A stretch of 54,854 nucleotides of DNA, filler included, from Jimgerdemannia flammicorona (lineage: Eukaryota): assembly GCA_003990765.1 (NCBI GenBank). It is 3 parts of 3 records of this genome, joined end to end, with 100 filler letters (N's around TTAATTAATTAA, not from the genome) between each part and the next. Parts side by side here need not be neighbours in the genome. Positions count along the whole stretch, not along the records: positions 1 to 18,219 come from RBNJ01002260.1; 2 more parts are not named here. One strand, written 5' to 3'. Positions within the stretch are counted from its first letter, which is position 1; every line of letters starts with the position of its first letter. The translations under genes were made by a program, and so were the position numbers. The notes under the pieces were generated by a model, which did no database searches, had not been told where the DNA came from, and saw nothing but the letters and a program-made list of their open reading frames with translations. Below are positions 1-12,995 of the stretch, piece after piece.

Positions 1-131
1 AAAAAAAAAAAAAAAAAAAAAAAAAAAACAGGTGGGCGATAAAGGAAGATTGGTAGTAATAGTATAGAGGTAAGTTGTGCGTCGGAATAAATATAACTAG
101 AAGTAAGAGAATCAACAAAATAACATCATAC

Positions 132-1341
132 CTTCTCCCACTGAACTTGATCTTGAAGACGAAGACCATCTCCTTTCATCCTCTTGTGGGGCTTTTGGTG
201 GTGGGGCTCTTCCATGTTCAGTAGATCCGACAGAGGAATGAACGGGTGAAGGAGCCACCGGTTCCGCAGATGCCAATGATGATGAGGTACGATGCGAGAC
301 GCCTGAGGATATAGAATCACGGAGCGACGACCTCTTGTAATCTGACGAGACGGAATGCCGTGATTCGTTGTCGCTGTGATCAACTGTGCGTCTCCCTAGT
401 TCTATCGAGCGCCTACGCGGGAAATTTGGATACGCTGGAGCTGGAGCGTCTTCGAAAGAGGAAATACTATGTCGTTTGGGAGTGTATGAAGCTGAGAGCG
501 AAATGTCGTAATTAAAGTTTGATTTCACTGAGGTATCTTGGGCGTCGCTCATGTGTGGGAAGGAGAGTGGCCTAGAGCCAGGAAGCAGCTTGCTGAACTC
601 CTCCTGTTTCAGACTCTGCAGCACCTCAGTGGGTAATCGCATCGGATACGCAGGACTTTCTTTACTTTCCATCGAAATTTTACTTCTCGAGGAACCCCGG
701 CTCTTGGAGGACGTTATCGAAGGGGTTTTTCTCAGTATTGCGTCAGGCGGGATCCCTTGCGGTGGGTGGAACTCGCCCCATTCGTCTGTACTGTCATCGC
801 TCCGGTCTCCTTCGTAGGAATTTTCATCTGCCAATGGCCTTCCATTCTGTGAAGGCATACGACTATGGGTACCGCCGAAGCCAGGCGGAACGTCAGATGC
901 GATAGACCCGTTTATAGGTGTAAGATTCTCTGTGGCTCTGCCTCGAGCACTACTTTGATGACTATCATCCCGTAGTTGTTGTAAAATGTTCATGGAGGGA
1001 CTCGGGCGGTCGTCCGTCAGAGACAGGGACGCAAGATCGTCGGTCCAGTCCTTGCGAGAGCCCCTACTGCCAGAATTCCGAGAGCGACTTGAATTTGAAG
1101 CGGGGGAAGACGTCACCAGCCTGTCGGCCGATGGCAAGACCATGTAGAGGTGATCGGGAAACTGAGGTTGGACGGTTGCGGTCTCGCGGGGGCGCAAATT
1201 TGGCGAGAGTTCGTCGACGATGTGTGCTGGGAAGTTCGGCTCCTCTCGTTCTTTCGACTTGTTGGAGAACCAACTGAACGAAGAGGATTCGGAGGCCACG
1301 GAGCTCACTGAGGGCCTCTTGGTGTGGCCAGTGGTCAACAT
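132..1341 (-). CDS. First coding exon of a Ser/Pro/Arg-rich, probably disordered protein of unknown function; the gene continues beyond the left edge
   Basis: About 400 open codons in GC- and CpG-rich sequence. ATG at 1341. Splice donor AAG|GTATGA at 132/131. No recognisable domain in this exon. Confidence 0.7.
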
Positions 1342-2705
1342 GGTGGTCTCCAAGGGTGGTCTCCAAGGGTAGAAAACACTAAGGGGAGGAGGAAAGGAGG
1401 TAGGGGCTAAGGGGTCGACAGAGCTCTAGGCATAGGCGCCGAATTTTGTTGTAGCGTTCACACCCTCTGCTCCCTTATCGGGGTGAAAACGCTCGTCACA
1501 CATGTGTGCAACCCACTCCCGTGCGCTGGGACCCGTCGATGTGATGCTCTCCCCCCCCTTTGTTGCTCTTCGGGTGTGCAACGGTGCAAGTAAGGGCCCT
1601 GCAGGACTCGTTCTCCTCGTCACCCTGACCTTGTCGCCACATTGGATATCGTAGCCTCTAATGTATGCATATCCGCAGAAATCAAGTGACGTGATGTTTC
1701 TCACTAGAGACACCTCATGCAGACTTGTCCGTTATAGGCACATAGGTAACATGAGGCATGCCGCAACAAAACCAGACAAAGTGAGCATGGCACTGCGGTG
1801 GCTTGGCGATCAGGATGATGTTGCCTTTCACGGATGTGCACATCTTTAATTGTAAACAGCAAACGCTTTGTTATCCTCGCGACTGCAACGTAAATTCTTC
1901 AGGTAAGCCCGCTGGTGTTTTTTTTTTTTTTTTTTTTTTTTCTCCGACTACCCTTTGCCATCGAAGCAGTGATTTCAATTTTGTACCCCGCAATGTTTTT
2001 CTGTCATATTCGGTATAGTCTGGATGGTTTGCAAAATGTATCAAATCTATTTTTCTCTAATAACTTTTCTTTATAATATATTGATTCAATCTTCATCAAT
2101 AGTATAAGTATATATTTTCAAGCTTAATTTATATTAATAAAGTGATATTTGTAATTAAAGCTTATTATTTTATTAAATAAGTATTAGAACAAATAAAGCA
2201 TATTATTTATTTGTTGATAAATAAAAAGATTGTTTAAATTTAGCTTTAATAATTAATATATTCTATAATATTATATTTTATAAAATAAATATAAAATAAA
2301 TAAATATTAAAAATATTAAATAATATTTATTTTATTAATATTTATAATATTTTACTAAAATTATAATTATTTCTTATCTAACTCTGATTTACTTGCATAA
2401 CTTTATTAATGAAGATTTTTGTTTATCAAATATAGAAAAGATTGCATTCATATTGACCAATAAAAATCATTAACTATCATCCAGTTAGAAGTTTATAGCA
2501 CGAAGTTGGGCAACAAGCCAAGCGTACTAAACCGCGCACGTTAAAAACAAACCAATGCAAATTTATACAGATGTGGCAACTTTGAACAGCAAGATACAAT
2601 GGAATCCACGGGAACTATCCCGTTTGGCATGCTGTATGTCATAATCTGCTTTGAGTTTATATCTTTTGTCAAAACATGTACATCGGTCTCAACCAATACC
2701 ACCAG

Positions 2706-5700
2706 TCAGCCCGTCTTTGCCTTTCTTTTCACTTCGGCTATGTCGTACTCGCTGAGGTTGCTCACACTGCTGATGGTCTCTATTTGTGGATATATCGTAG
2801 AGTCCTTTGGATAAGACGGTCCCGGGGCCACACGAAACATTGATCCATCGGTACCCTCCTCCGCACTCTGCATACTTGGGTTCCTAATTGACGAAGTAGA
2901 AGCAAAGGAGACTCCGTTATCTGTTGGTGAAACAAGTGGTGTCGCCACTTCAGGGTCATTTGTATGCGTGGGCGAAGGTGAATTTGTCGGAGATGGTGAA
3001 GGTGAAGGCGAAGGCGAGGGCGAAGACGATTCTGAAACCATTGTCATGGATGTGTTCTGGCGGTGGAAATCCCGCTCCAAATCAGACAGGAAGTCTGATG
3101 GGTCGGGGAGGCCCGAATCCATCTCACTATCCAGCTGGAAAATTGTTCAGTTGTCAATTATTTGTTCAAGTAGTACCGGTTCAGAATGTTTGTTCAACAG
3201 ATTGAATACGACATACATACATGCATGTGCATCCAAGGATGATCCTGCATATTGATTGGGCAAAAGGTTTACAAAAGGGTCCCGGACGAATACCAGCCAA
3301 AAATTCGTCACAATCAAGGAGATTATGAATCAACAGCAATGATCTGATGAAAACAAGTCATACCAGTGCTTCGTCCACAGTGGCGCGCTGACTTGGCTCG
3401 ACGGTGAGCAGCTTCCGAACTAGATCCTGTGCTATTATGAACAGATGGAGACAAATCATAAGCGTTATTAAATAAAATAAAAATAAAAATAAAAATCGGA
3501 GACAGCAATCAAACCCTGTGAATGCAAACCTTCTCTGCTGATATTGTCCCAGTGAGGGCTGGGGAAATCATATCGACCCTGCCGAATCTGATTCTGCATG
3601 CTCGGAGGTGCCAATTCCTCTGAAATATAGGTATCGAGAGCATCAGTTACGGATAAAGTTATTGTATCCGATACTTGTTTCCAACAGGATATATACAGAG
3701 CTCATACCACTGAAAGGGGGAAACCCGCACAAGCATATGTACATCATCACCCCACAACTCCATAAATCCACTGCCTTGTTGTAATTCCGTGACTGGGTGG
3801 GCGACAAAACCTCAGGAGCAACTTCAACAGATATAGAAACGTATATACGCATTAGAGCATGCCGATACAGATCTCTCAGTGTCAGTCTATCACTTGACTC
3901 ATATAAATGATCGCGGAGGGGCTCACCATAACTGGGGGTGCCACAGAGTGATTGCAGGAATGAAGCTTCACCGACGATCTTGGCAAGTCCGAAGTCGCTT
4001 ATTTTAATATGGAGAGTGCGCTTGTTTGCCAACAACACATTCTCAGGCTTCAGATCACGGTGAGCTACACCACGATCATGGAGATACTGGAAAAAAATCG
4101 AACGCATCCGAAAGGTATTTAGCGCCAAAGCATCCACCAGGAAAGCAAGGAAAAAATAGCATTGCCCATACAGAATTTGGGTTGGTAATGCAGTATGCGA
4201 CAGATACCTTAAGTGCTTGGAAAAGTTGGTAGAATACATGACGTGCTTCGAACTCGTCGTATTTGGATTTCGCAACGATGTGTTCAAAAAGTTCGCCATC
4301 TTTGGCACTACATAGAAAATGGAGGTGCTCAATCAGTAGCAAGCAAAGTGGACTGATTCGATGGTAAACGAATGGATTCATCATAGTTATGCCAGAAGTA
4401 CTTACAGCTCCAGGACAAGATATATGTACTTCTTCTCATCGAAAACGGTATGTATGGATATGATACACGGCTATAGGTTTTCAAAGCGGAAGGAGGTTCT
4501 CAGAATGCATCGGTCTCTTGATTTATCAGAAAAGAAGGCACCGTTAAAACACTTACATGGTTAACAGACATGAGAATGCTAATCTCTTGTTCTAGGCTGG
4601 CCGTCATCTTGGGCTTGGCGGCGAATTTACTCTTGTCTACTATCTTGACCGCAAATTTACGACCCGTGGCCTTGTGAATGGCGAGCCTCACTTGGGCGAA
4701 ATTACCGCTAAATATAAATGTTGGTCTTCGGCGTTAGCCACAGCTCTTGGAGAATGCATAAGGCCGAGGCCAAATTTTAAGGTACGCACTAAGAATAAAG
4801 AAGATAGAAACAAAGAATAAACCATATCTTGGCGGGCACGGCAACCCTCCATTAAGGTTCGAATACTTACCACCCAAGTTCATCCGAAAGTACATACTCA
4901 TCCTCGAATGACTATTAACGCACCAAAACAAAATTTGCATCATCTCTTTACATTCTATATTTGGCATAGTGCCTTCAAAAGAAACCAAAAATATGGGAGG
5001 TGGCGAACGATGTACAATACCTTGCCATCACCCTCCTGAGTTGGACGATGTGGCATCTTGAAGATGTAGACTGTTCGAGGTTTGCAAATGTGAACAAAAT
5101 GTTCATGTGAGCCATAAATCATCACGGACACTAGGTTGCGCAAGGCCCAAGCATTACTTTTTCAGATATTCGTAATCTCAGTTCATCAATATCATCCAAC
5201 ACGCTACTCCTGTGATCTTGAACAATCGGTTACAATTAAAATATCCTTACACCTATCATCGAACCGCTCTGAATCTCTCCTCGGATCATATTGTGCAAGT
5301 TGGATTTCGTCCCCGGGTGACAACATAAGCCGCCGGTTCCGGCCGAGCTTTCTCCCATTAATAAAGGTGCCATTGGAACTGGATAGCAGAGATACATGAG
5401 CATATATCGGAAGCTAGCACCGATACCCTAGCAAGAGCAGGATCTCAAATATTAACGGTTTGAAATGAATGGAATGTAATACGCACCTCAAATCCTCCAC
5501 AAATACACATTCTGTGGCGTGCTCCATGCCCGGAAGTATCTTGTATTCCTTGAAGATTAAGCAATGTCTATTGCTAATTTGATGATGTTTGAAGCTAAAA
5601 AAAAAAATTGATAAATCATGGTTAGCAGTCTCATAGGACCTCATCCGAGATATCAAGGGCCAAGTTGGCGAGATGTCTGCGGTTAGACCCATAGGGAAAA

Positions 5701-6146
5701 GGTTTCAACAATCTTCGGTGCGCAAAAACTACACCTCACAAGCTTGAATCCGGTTGCCGCAAGCTTAACCTCCCCTACAGCATTTGTCAGCCCATTAACA
5801 ATAACGAAGCGAGAAGTGGTTTTCAAGCTTACACAACGTCACACTCCTGGTGCCTTCCCATTAGATAGCCACCTCTGCTGCCAGAGTCACCCTCGACGGC
5901 CTGTTTGGTCAGATATAGAGTTTCGTGTTCGCTGCTGAGAGATGCCAGTATCCCCCACACGTTTTTCAAGTCCGGAGTGGCCATTATGTCAGCGGCGGTA
6001 TCGACGCGAGGCAAAGCCGCTTTAGCAGAAGTTGCAGAAGAGTTGACCGATTTCGTGAGTTTCGAGGATTTAGTATTGGGGTTTGAGGGTGAGAGGTCGT
6101 CAATGCGGGACCTCTTGCGTTGCGCCAGGGGAGTTGGGTTCTCCAT
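2706..6146 (-). CDS. FHA-domain Ser/Thr checkpoint kinase (Chk2/Cds1/Dun1 family), about 14 exons
   Basis: Spliced by hand with GT-AG introns. FHA motifs GRHQECD, ISNRHC and DLSSNGTFING. Kinase motifs LGCGNFAQV, AVK, HRDLKPEN, DFGLAK, LCGTPSYVAPE, DLWSCG and HPW. ATG at 6146, stop at 2706. Confidence 0.92.
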
Positions 6147-6375
6147 TTTTGCGAGCTCAGTGACTTTAGGCTGGCTGGCCAGCAACAAAGGTAACAAAAC
6201 TTTGGTGACTTAGATCGACTAACATGGTAGCCAATCATCTTTCCGAACATTATTATTGCTATCATTTTGTTTTGCTTAAGTAGAATTATAAGTTTTATCT
6301 TATTCTTATAATATTTCACTCAGAAGCTTGCCTATAGTAGTTATAATATGGGGCGTGCTGCAACAAAGTGAGCAT

Positions 6376-6385
6376 GTGACGTCAC
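6376..6385. promoter_or_regulatory. CRE/ATF-like palindrome GTGACGTCAC upstream of the kinase gene
   Basis: Perfect 10-bp palindrome about 230 bp upstream of the ATG. An identical site lies upstream of PSMG3. Confidence 0.4.
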
Positions 6386-7349
6386 TCAAGCATCAAGGCT
6401 CGATTTTATTTTTTTTAATAATAAAAAAAGAGATCAGAAAAAGTAGACTATAAACAGCATCAGCTTTGTCATGATTTTGTCTTCTTATTTGCTCATTGTG
6501 ACGAGCAAGTTTAACTTGTTTTTTTGCTTCTTTCTCTTCTTGTTTTGCTCAATATTCTGCCATAGCTTGGACAAAATCTTGATCTTTGAGATTGAAAATA
6601 GTAGTTTTGAGGTGGTAAATATTAGGGGCTAAAAAAAAAAAGTAAATATTAGGGGCTTGGAGGCTTCTATTAATATTATAATCAATTAAAACATAATTCT
6701 TATCATCTTTACTAGAAAATTTCTCATTTGTTTGTTTAATTATACTTTTTTTATTATTAATAAAAATATCAAAATTAGAACAAAGTTCAGTTATTTTTTC
6801 TCATTAATCAAGATCTTATTTTTCTTTTTCATACTTTGTCATTTCAGTTAATTCAAATCTAACTTGAGAAAATTTACCAAAAGTTTTTTCATTATCTAGT
6901 TTATTCTTTAAAATATCTTCTTTATCTTTTAATTATAAATATAAACTTATAACTAATAAATTACTAATCAAATATTTCTTTAAAGCTTATAATAAATCTA
7001 TAGCAATTATACTAGAGAAATTTTAAATCTTTCTTCAACTTTATAAATATTTATAAAATTTACTTCATTTAATATCAATATTACTTTTTATTATTTTTTT
7101 TAATCTTTTTAAGTTTTTAGAAAATATTTTCTCTTTTATTTTCTTTATTCAAAGAAATCAAAATATCTTTTACCTTTCTCCTACTACTTATAGATGATTC
7201 TATAATTGTATTCTTTCAAAATATATTAAAAAACAAGTCAAAGTAAATAGTAGTTTTTGAAAATCTATAAATTATTACTAGTTTTAATGATTGCAAACAA
7301 TTATTCTAATTATAAATTACTTTTAATAGTCTCTCTTTGAGTTTAACTT

Positions 7350-9140
7350 ATTCTTTGATGAAAGTATAAAAGAGAATAAATTTTGTTCTGATTATTTATA
7401 TTTTTAGAGTTTTGATAATATAAATAATTTTATTTATTAAGAATATAGATTAAATTGGTTTTAGATAAGTAATATCTTTGAATTTATCTCAGATAAAGGG
7501 GTAGATATTATGGTAAAGATATTTCTGATATTTCAATTCTATAGAAAGAGATACTAGTATTAGAAATAACAAGATCTTGATTTTTTCTCTAATTTTTAAA
7601 GTCTCAGATTTACTATTTTTTAAGTTTAAATTCTTAAAATAGATTATTTATAACTTCTTGAGTTTTGATCACACTAAAATAATAATGAGTAAAAAGAAAA
7701 TATTGAAACTTTTATATACTATTCAATTTCTTAAAGTAAATCTCTAAACTACTTAAGATATCAAAATATTGAAACTCTTTATTATTATTATAATACTGAT
7801 CTTAATTTAGTCTAATAATATTAGATCTTTTTACTATATCTATGATATGATCTATATAATTTACTATGGTTTTATAATAAAGCCTTTTAATTAGACCAAA
7901 ACTACTATTATATTTGAATTTAGTATGGTCCAGAACTATGAAGTTGAGTTTAATATTTTTAAATTACTAAGTACAGATAAAATCAAAGAGTAGTATTATT
8001 TTTATTTTATTTATCTGCATTATTATATAAGTGATTTTTAAGTACTTTTTACCTTAGTTCAATTACTTAATTTCATTAAAGACTAGACTAAAAGTACTAT
8101 TCAGACCTTTTCTAAGAAGTTTATTCTTATCAAAAATATAATTAATTTGCTCATAGATTACTTTATTTTAGATATTAAATAAGTATATCTTATAGATACT
8201 AAGATAATATATCTTATCAATTTATTAATCTGAATAAAATATATAGACATTTTGAGCTCAGTCATAACTTTAATATATAGTAGCATTAATACTACACTAC
8301 TGAGCCTTAATATTTATTAGTAAATATTAATTGATAAGTTTTCTTTATTCTTTTGCCAACTTAGTGTTTTTGTTATAATAATTTTATTCTAATTTGATTT
8401 TGATAAGATGCTCTTTATATCTTTTTAATAAATCTTGGACCTTTTCCTCTTTGCAAGTTTTGAATTATAAGTCATTCTATAAGTATTAATAAGTATTATA
8501 TAAATTAGTTCAGAGACTCATGATTTGAATTTATAGAGTTAGCTGATGTTATAATTTGTAAAAAAAAAAATCATATTTAAGAGTATACAAAGAACTATTC
8601 TCTTCTGAACTAACTAGAAAGTCATGATGAACAAACTTATAGTTTATTTTACTAACAAAAAGATAATTAATTGAGTTATATGATTAATGTTTCTAACTAA
8701 ACTAGATAATCTATATACTTTAGTATAATTCAAGAGAAAATTCTTTACTATAGTAGCTATATTTATATCAATCACTATCTTAGTTTTTCACTAAGGCATT
8801 TTTTTTATATTACTATAGAGCTATAATAAAAAGGTATTATTTAGCAAATAATTTCTAATATTTTCAAAATAATTATTGCTAATATCAAGTATAGTATAGG
8901 TTTTCTGATAAAGAGGTATATTATAATTCTAGTAATAAATAGTTCTCTTATTGACTTGAGTTCTATTCTTAAAATATCAACTAATATTGATTATTTCTTC
9001 ATCCATGAACTTAAGCTATACTATCAAAAAGATATCTTATTTAATTTTAGTTAGAGCTTAAAAGGCTTTCTACAATTTAGCAAACTCATCTTTAGGTATC
9101 TTAAAGAAGTAACTACAACTATAGCCTAGTTTTAAAAAAT
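7350..9140 (-). pseudogene. Degenerate Sola-like (DDD) DNA-transposase relic
   Basis: Minus-strand reading through stops gives KIPKDEFAKL, IQIMSL.TNLYNTY, KEHLIKIKLE.NYYNKNTK, SYD.AQNV, KGLNSTFSLV and LNFIVLDHTKFKYNSSFGLIK. These match remembered Sola-type motifs (SPRTDLCDTC, YDWAQ, CDN..GQNKN, GHTKF.CD.SFG). Boundaries are approximate. Confidence 0.6.
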
Positions 9141-9899
9141 GGAGAATTTTCTCATATTTATTCATATTTCTATTATTTACTATATAATATATTTTATATA
9201 TAGTTTATCTGGTTTTGTTAAATTTTCTACTATAGTAAAGTAGTCTCTATATAAAAAATACCTACTTATATGAATCTAATTTATATTTGAATTTACTATA
9301 GAAGCTCTTTAAAAATAAATTACTATTGATTCATACTAGTTATTTAGCAATTGCTCCTGAAGAAAACACATTATGAATATTAGTCTATTTTTTTTGGTAG
9401 TATATAAAAATATTCCTATATTAATCTATAAATTCTTATACTTTCTTTTCTTAGTTCTTGAAATAATTCTACCAATGTTCTTTTTCTAACTTTTTCTCAT
9501 AGATTATATTTTTTTAGTCTGATAGCCTGTACTTTTTAGTTTAAAAATATATAAAGCAATCTTTTTGCCTTGCTCTTGCTTTAAAAGAGAATACAAAGTA
9601 CTATAGTTTTTGGGATCTGATATAGATAAGTTTCATATATTTCAATTTTATATATATGAGGATCTCTATAGATTAAGCTATAGTTTTGTACTTCTTTTAT
9701 ATATAATATATTGAATAATTCAAAAACTCTATAGTTTCTAGACAATATAGTCCTTTAAAAAATAGTAATATATAGATTTATACTTAAGTAACTATAATAA
9801 TTCAATATACTAACAGATCTGCTTACAATAATCTATATCCTTTCTGAATGGTCTTGAAATTATCTAAGGCTAAGTGAGTGACTCTGAATAGTAAGTACA

Positions 9900-11960
9900 T
9901 AGCTCCTACTTTCTTTTTAAAATATATAGATTTCTACAAATACTCTCAGATAAATACAGGATGCTTAACTTTTTTAGATTTCTCTGATATTCTCAATATA
10001 TATCTTAGAGATATATTCTCTAGGTAAAGAGAGTAGTGTCTGGTTTGCTTCAAGTGAATGGTACACTGATGACCAGAATAGTGCTTCCAGATTCTTTCTT
10101 GTTTAGTCTACCTATGTCTGGATTAATATACTCTATATTAAATACTAATAATAGATAATTATTTCTATATTTATATTAAATATCCTATCTTTAAGAATAA
10201 GATAATATAGATTGTAGTTGGTATCTATAGTAGATCTGTAGGAGACTACAGGATCTGAAAAGTTGTGATCTGACTAAATTGATAAATATACTTATATAGA
10301 ATATCCATTATATAGATATAGGCTTTTCAATCTGAGATTTTAAAAATTATATCTAATTAAAATATATTTCTCAAATCATCAAGCAAGCTTACCAAATACT
10401 TGTATTTTAAATACTTTCAACTCTTTAAAGATATTTATATTACTATATTCAGCCCTCTTGGCTATAATATTAAGTATATTCTTAAGTCTTTTCTATATCT
10501 TGACTTTGTCTTTATTAAAATACTTAAGATCATTCTCATATAATGGTCTACTAACTTCATATATAATCAACTTCTAACTAAGAAGGAGAGGATTATATCT
10601 GTCTATTAACCAGTCTTTCAGCATATACTGGATTCAACTTTTGCACTAAAATAAAGAGATATCTAGACTAATCTTACTCTATTTTAAGTAGTACTCTCTA
10701 TAGAAGAGATTCTTCAATATTAGTGAGATCACTTCTATGACTTATATTACCTTACTCATATTTTTATCCAAAAGTGGGTTTGGATCTTCAGTCTAGAGAT
10801 CTGCACTATAACTTTCATATTCAGTATATTTGTATTTATAAATATAGTCAGAAATATATAGAAGTTACTTATAAGTTTTAGTAGATTTTATAGATAAATT
10901 GAAGATCTTTTTGAAGGGATAGAGTTACTTTTAAGATATATACAGAAAGCTAATGTAGTTCTTAGTTAATATTCTAAATAGTCTTCTATTATTGTATTGT
11001 ATTAACAGTTGATATATAGAGGCTAGATATGTAGAGAATGAATAACAAAATATAGTTACTTAGTTATCTAGAGTTACTAACCAGTCTTTGACTTCATCAT
11101 CCAGCATAATCATCTTCATGTACACTCTTCTTTATAGTTTCTTCCAGACTGCTGAGAGAAACCAGCTTCTAATAGAATTACTTTATCTCTCCTTACTCAA
11201 GTCTAGAATATTATAAAAGATAGCTCTGTTTAGAATAGCAGCATTATTTGTCAAATAAATACTTTCTAGCTCAAAATATAAAGATATATCAATAATACTA
11301 ACTTATAATTATTTATATCTTTCTGATCAAGCATCTTTGCAGTAATATCAATTCTATTGATAATATGTATAAGAGATATAATCCTATATAAACAAAGAGT
11401 TTAATTGAATTAAATTCTATCATATTTTTTCATCTAGAATATATATCTAATAATAATCAATTATACCACTCTATTAGTCTGCCCTTATATCTTGTTAGTC
11501 TCTATTATTGCAGCTATAAAGTTATCCACCATATCACTGCTAGCATTATCCTTAGTTATGCCTTTAAATTCTCCATCAATATTTGTGGTCTATATATATT
11601 TAATTTATAAGATGTTTAGATTCATATCCTTTCTTTTAGTACTAACAGAACTCAAATTCAATAGGGAATCCAGTTTTATTTTGTTCAGATCTTTATATGC
11701 TTCATTCCCTATAATACTATAATTAAGAGTAAACTGAATCTATAAAATATAAGCAACAAACAGAGTTAATACCAATTTTAGACACCAATGTCCTAATATA
11801 ATATTAGTGAAGAATATGTACAATAGTCTACTCAAACTTCCCCTTCAAAAGCTCATTTTCTGATATAACTTTTCTCAGCATCAACTTCTCTCCAGAACAC
11901 AATTTCACTTCTTCTCTCTGAGCTTAGCACTATATAACAAAATAAATATCAACAATAGAT
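9900..11960 (-). pseudogene. Degenerate intron-containing gene, possibly with a PD-(D/E)xK restriction-endonuclease-like C-terminus
   Basis: Minus strand reads ILDLS..SIRSWF..VW, EVISLILKNLF and IIYEVSRPLYEND.KYFNKDKVKI.KRLKNILN..ELKVFKIQVF. A GTAAGC..CTCAG intron follows, then KAYIYIMD..YQF..F. Boundaries are approximate. Confidence 0.4.
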
Positions 11961-12309
11961 CCAAATTTAGAAATAGTGAAGTGAGTCATCAGAGGCTGTG
12001 AATGAACATTGTTCTTAGTATAGAGACATTGTCTCTAACCTTCATGCAGACTTAAGATGGAGTCCACTGTAGAAGTCTTCATAACTAGCTAATAGTATCA
12101 GACCCTTACTACTTTTGCTATTGAAATTCTTTTGTATACTGCTCTCTTGATTAATATATATATACATATGATATGTATAATATAAACATCTATACAAGAA
12201 GGCCATACAATAGAACTATACAGAGCTACTAAGCTGACTAAGTTCTATTAGATATATGACAAATACAGATATAATTATGTAATCTGTTTCTCACATTACA
12301 GATTCCAAA

Positions 12310-12995
12310 ATAATACTTCTTTCTATCTATTAAGCATCTAAATATCTCAGAGTCTCCTCTAGGACACTTCATCACTGACATGCTCAAGGAAAAATTAAAG
12401 TTTTAAGGATGTTCTTCTTATATCTTCTACTCAAACCTTTACCCAATTACACTCCACCTAACCTCTGGATTAACCTGTGGCTGTATCTATATATATATTT
12501 CAAGCCCAAAACAGTGGCAGGACCTTGAACAATAAAAACAGCATCTCTAGCAGCTTTACTTATCTCATTATATCATTATTAATATCACCAGTAGTATCAA
12601 TTTCAAGAGACCTAGCCTTAAAATTTTACTGAAACTCTTATATCAAGGGTTGCTAATAGAGATGATACTTATCTTCTACTACTTACACACCTATATAAAT
12701 ATAATACTCATATCTCTTTCAACTTGATAGATCATAGTTACTTACTATGATTGACTTTATCACTTTATCTATGATCTCTTCAAATATATCTTTATTCTCA
12801 ATAGTACCAAGATTATCATGGTTCATGTAGAAGATAATATATCAAACTCTACAGCTCAAGAACTATCTGAGGATATCTTTGTGATCAATACTATCTTTAT
12901 CTACTAGATGTAGGATTGAAGAGCAGCAGAAAACTGATAGTACTATAGAGACTAGTAGTAATATATAGCAAGGACAAGAAGAAGATTGGAGTGAG
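12310..12995 (+). pseudogene. tnpA: IS607-type TnpA serine recombinase relic (N-terminal MerR-like HTH + resolvase domain) with a putative 69-nt intron at 12662-12730
   Basis: HTH: LSIY*ASKYLRVSSRTLHH*HAQGKIKVLR. Catalytic region: GCIYIYISSPKQWQDLEQ*KQHL..INITSSINFKRPSLKILL, equivalent to YARVSS..Q..DLERQ..DIASGINF.R.GL, with the Ser codon at 12500. C-terminus: IIVTYYD*LYHF..QELSEDIF.INTIF, equivalent to VVAHRDRLCRF..ELxED. Confidence 0.85.

Noticed and set aside
2040..2480. Very AT-rich block between the first two genes (similar blocks at 40570-41098 and 47165-47470)
   Set aside because: No readable motifs or termini. Probably fully decayed TE sequence that cannot be assigned.
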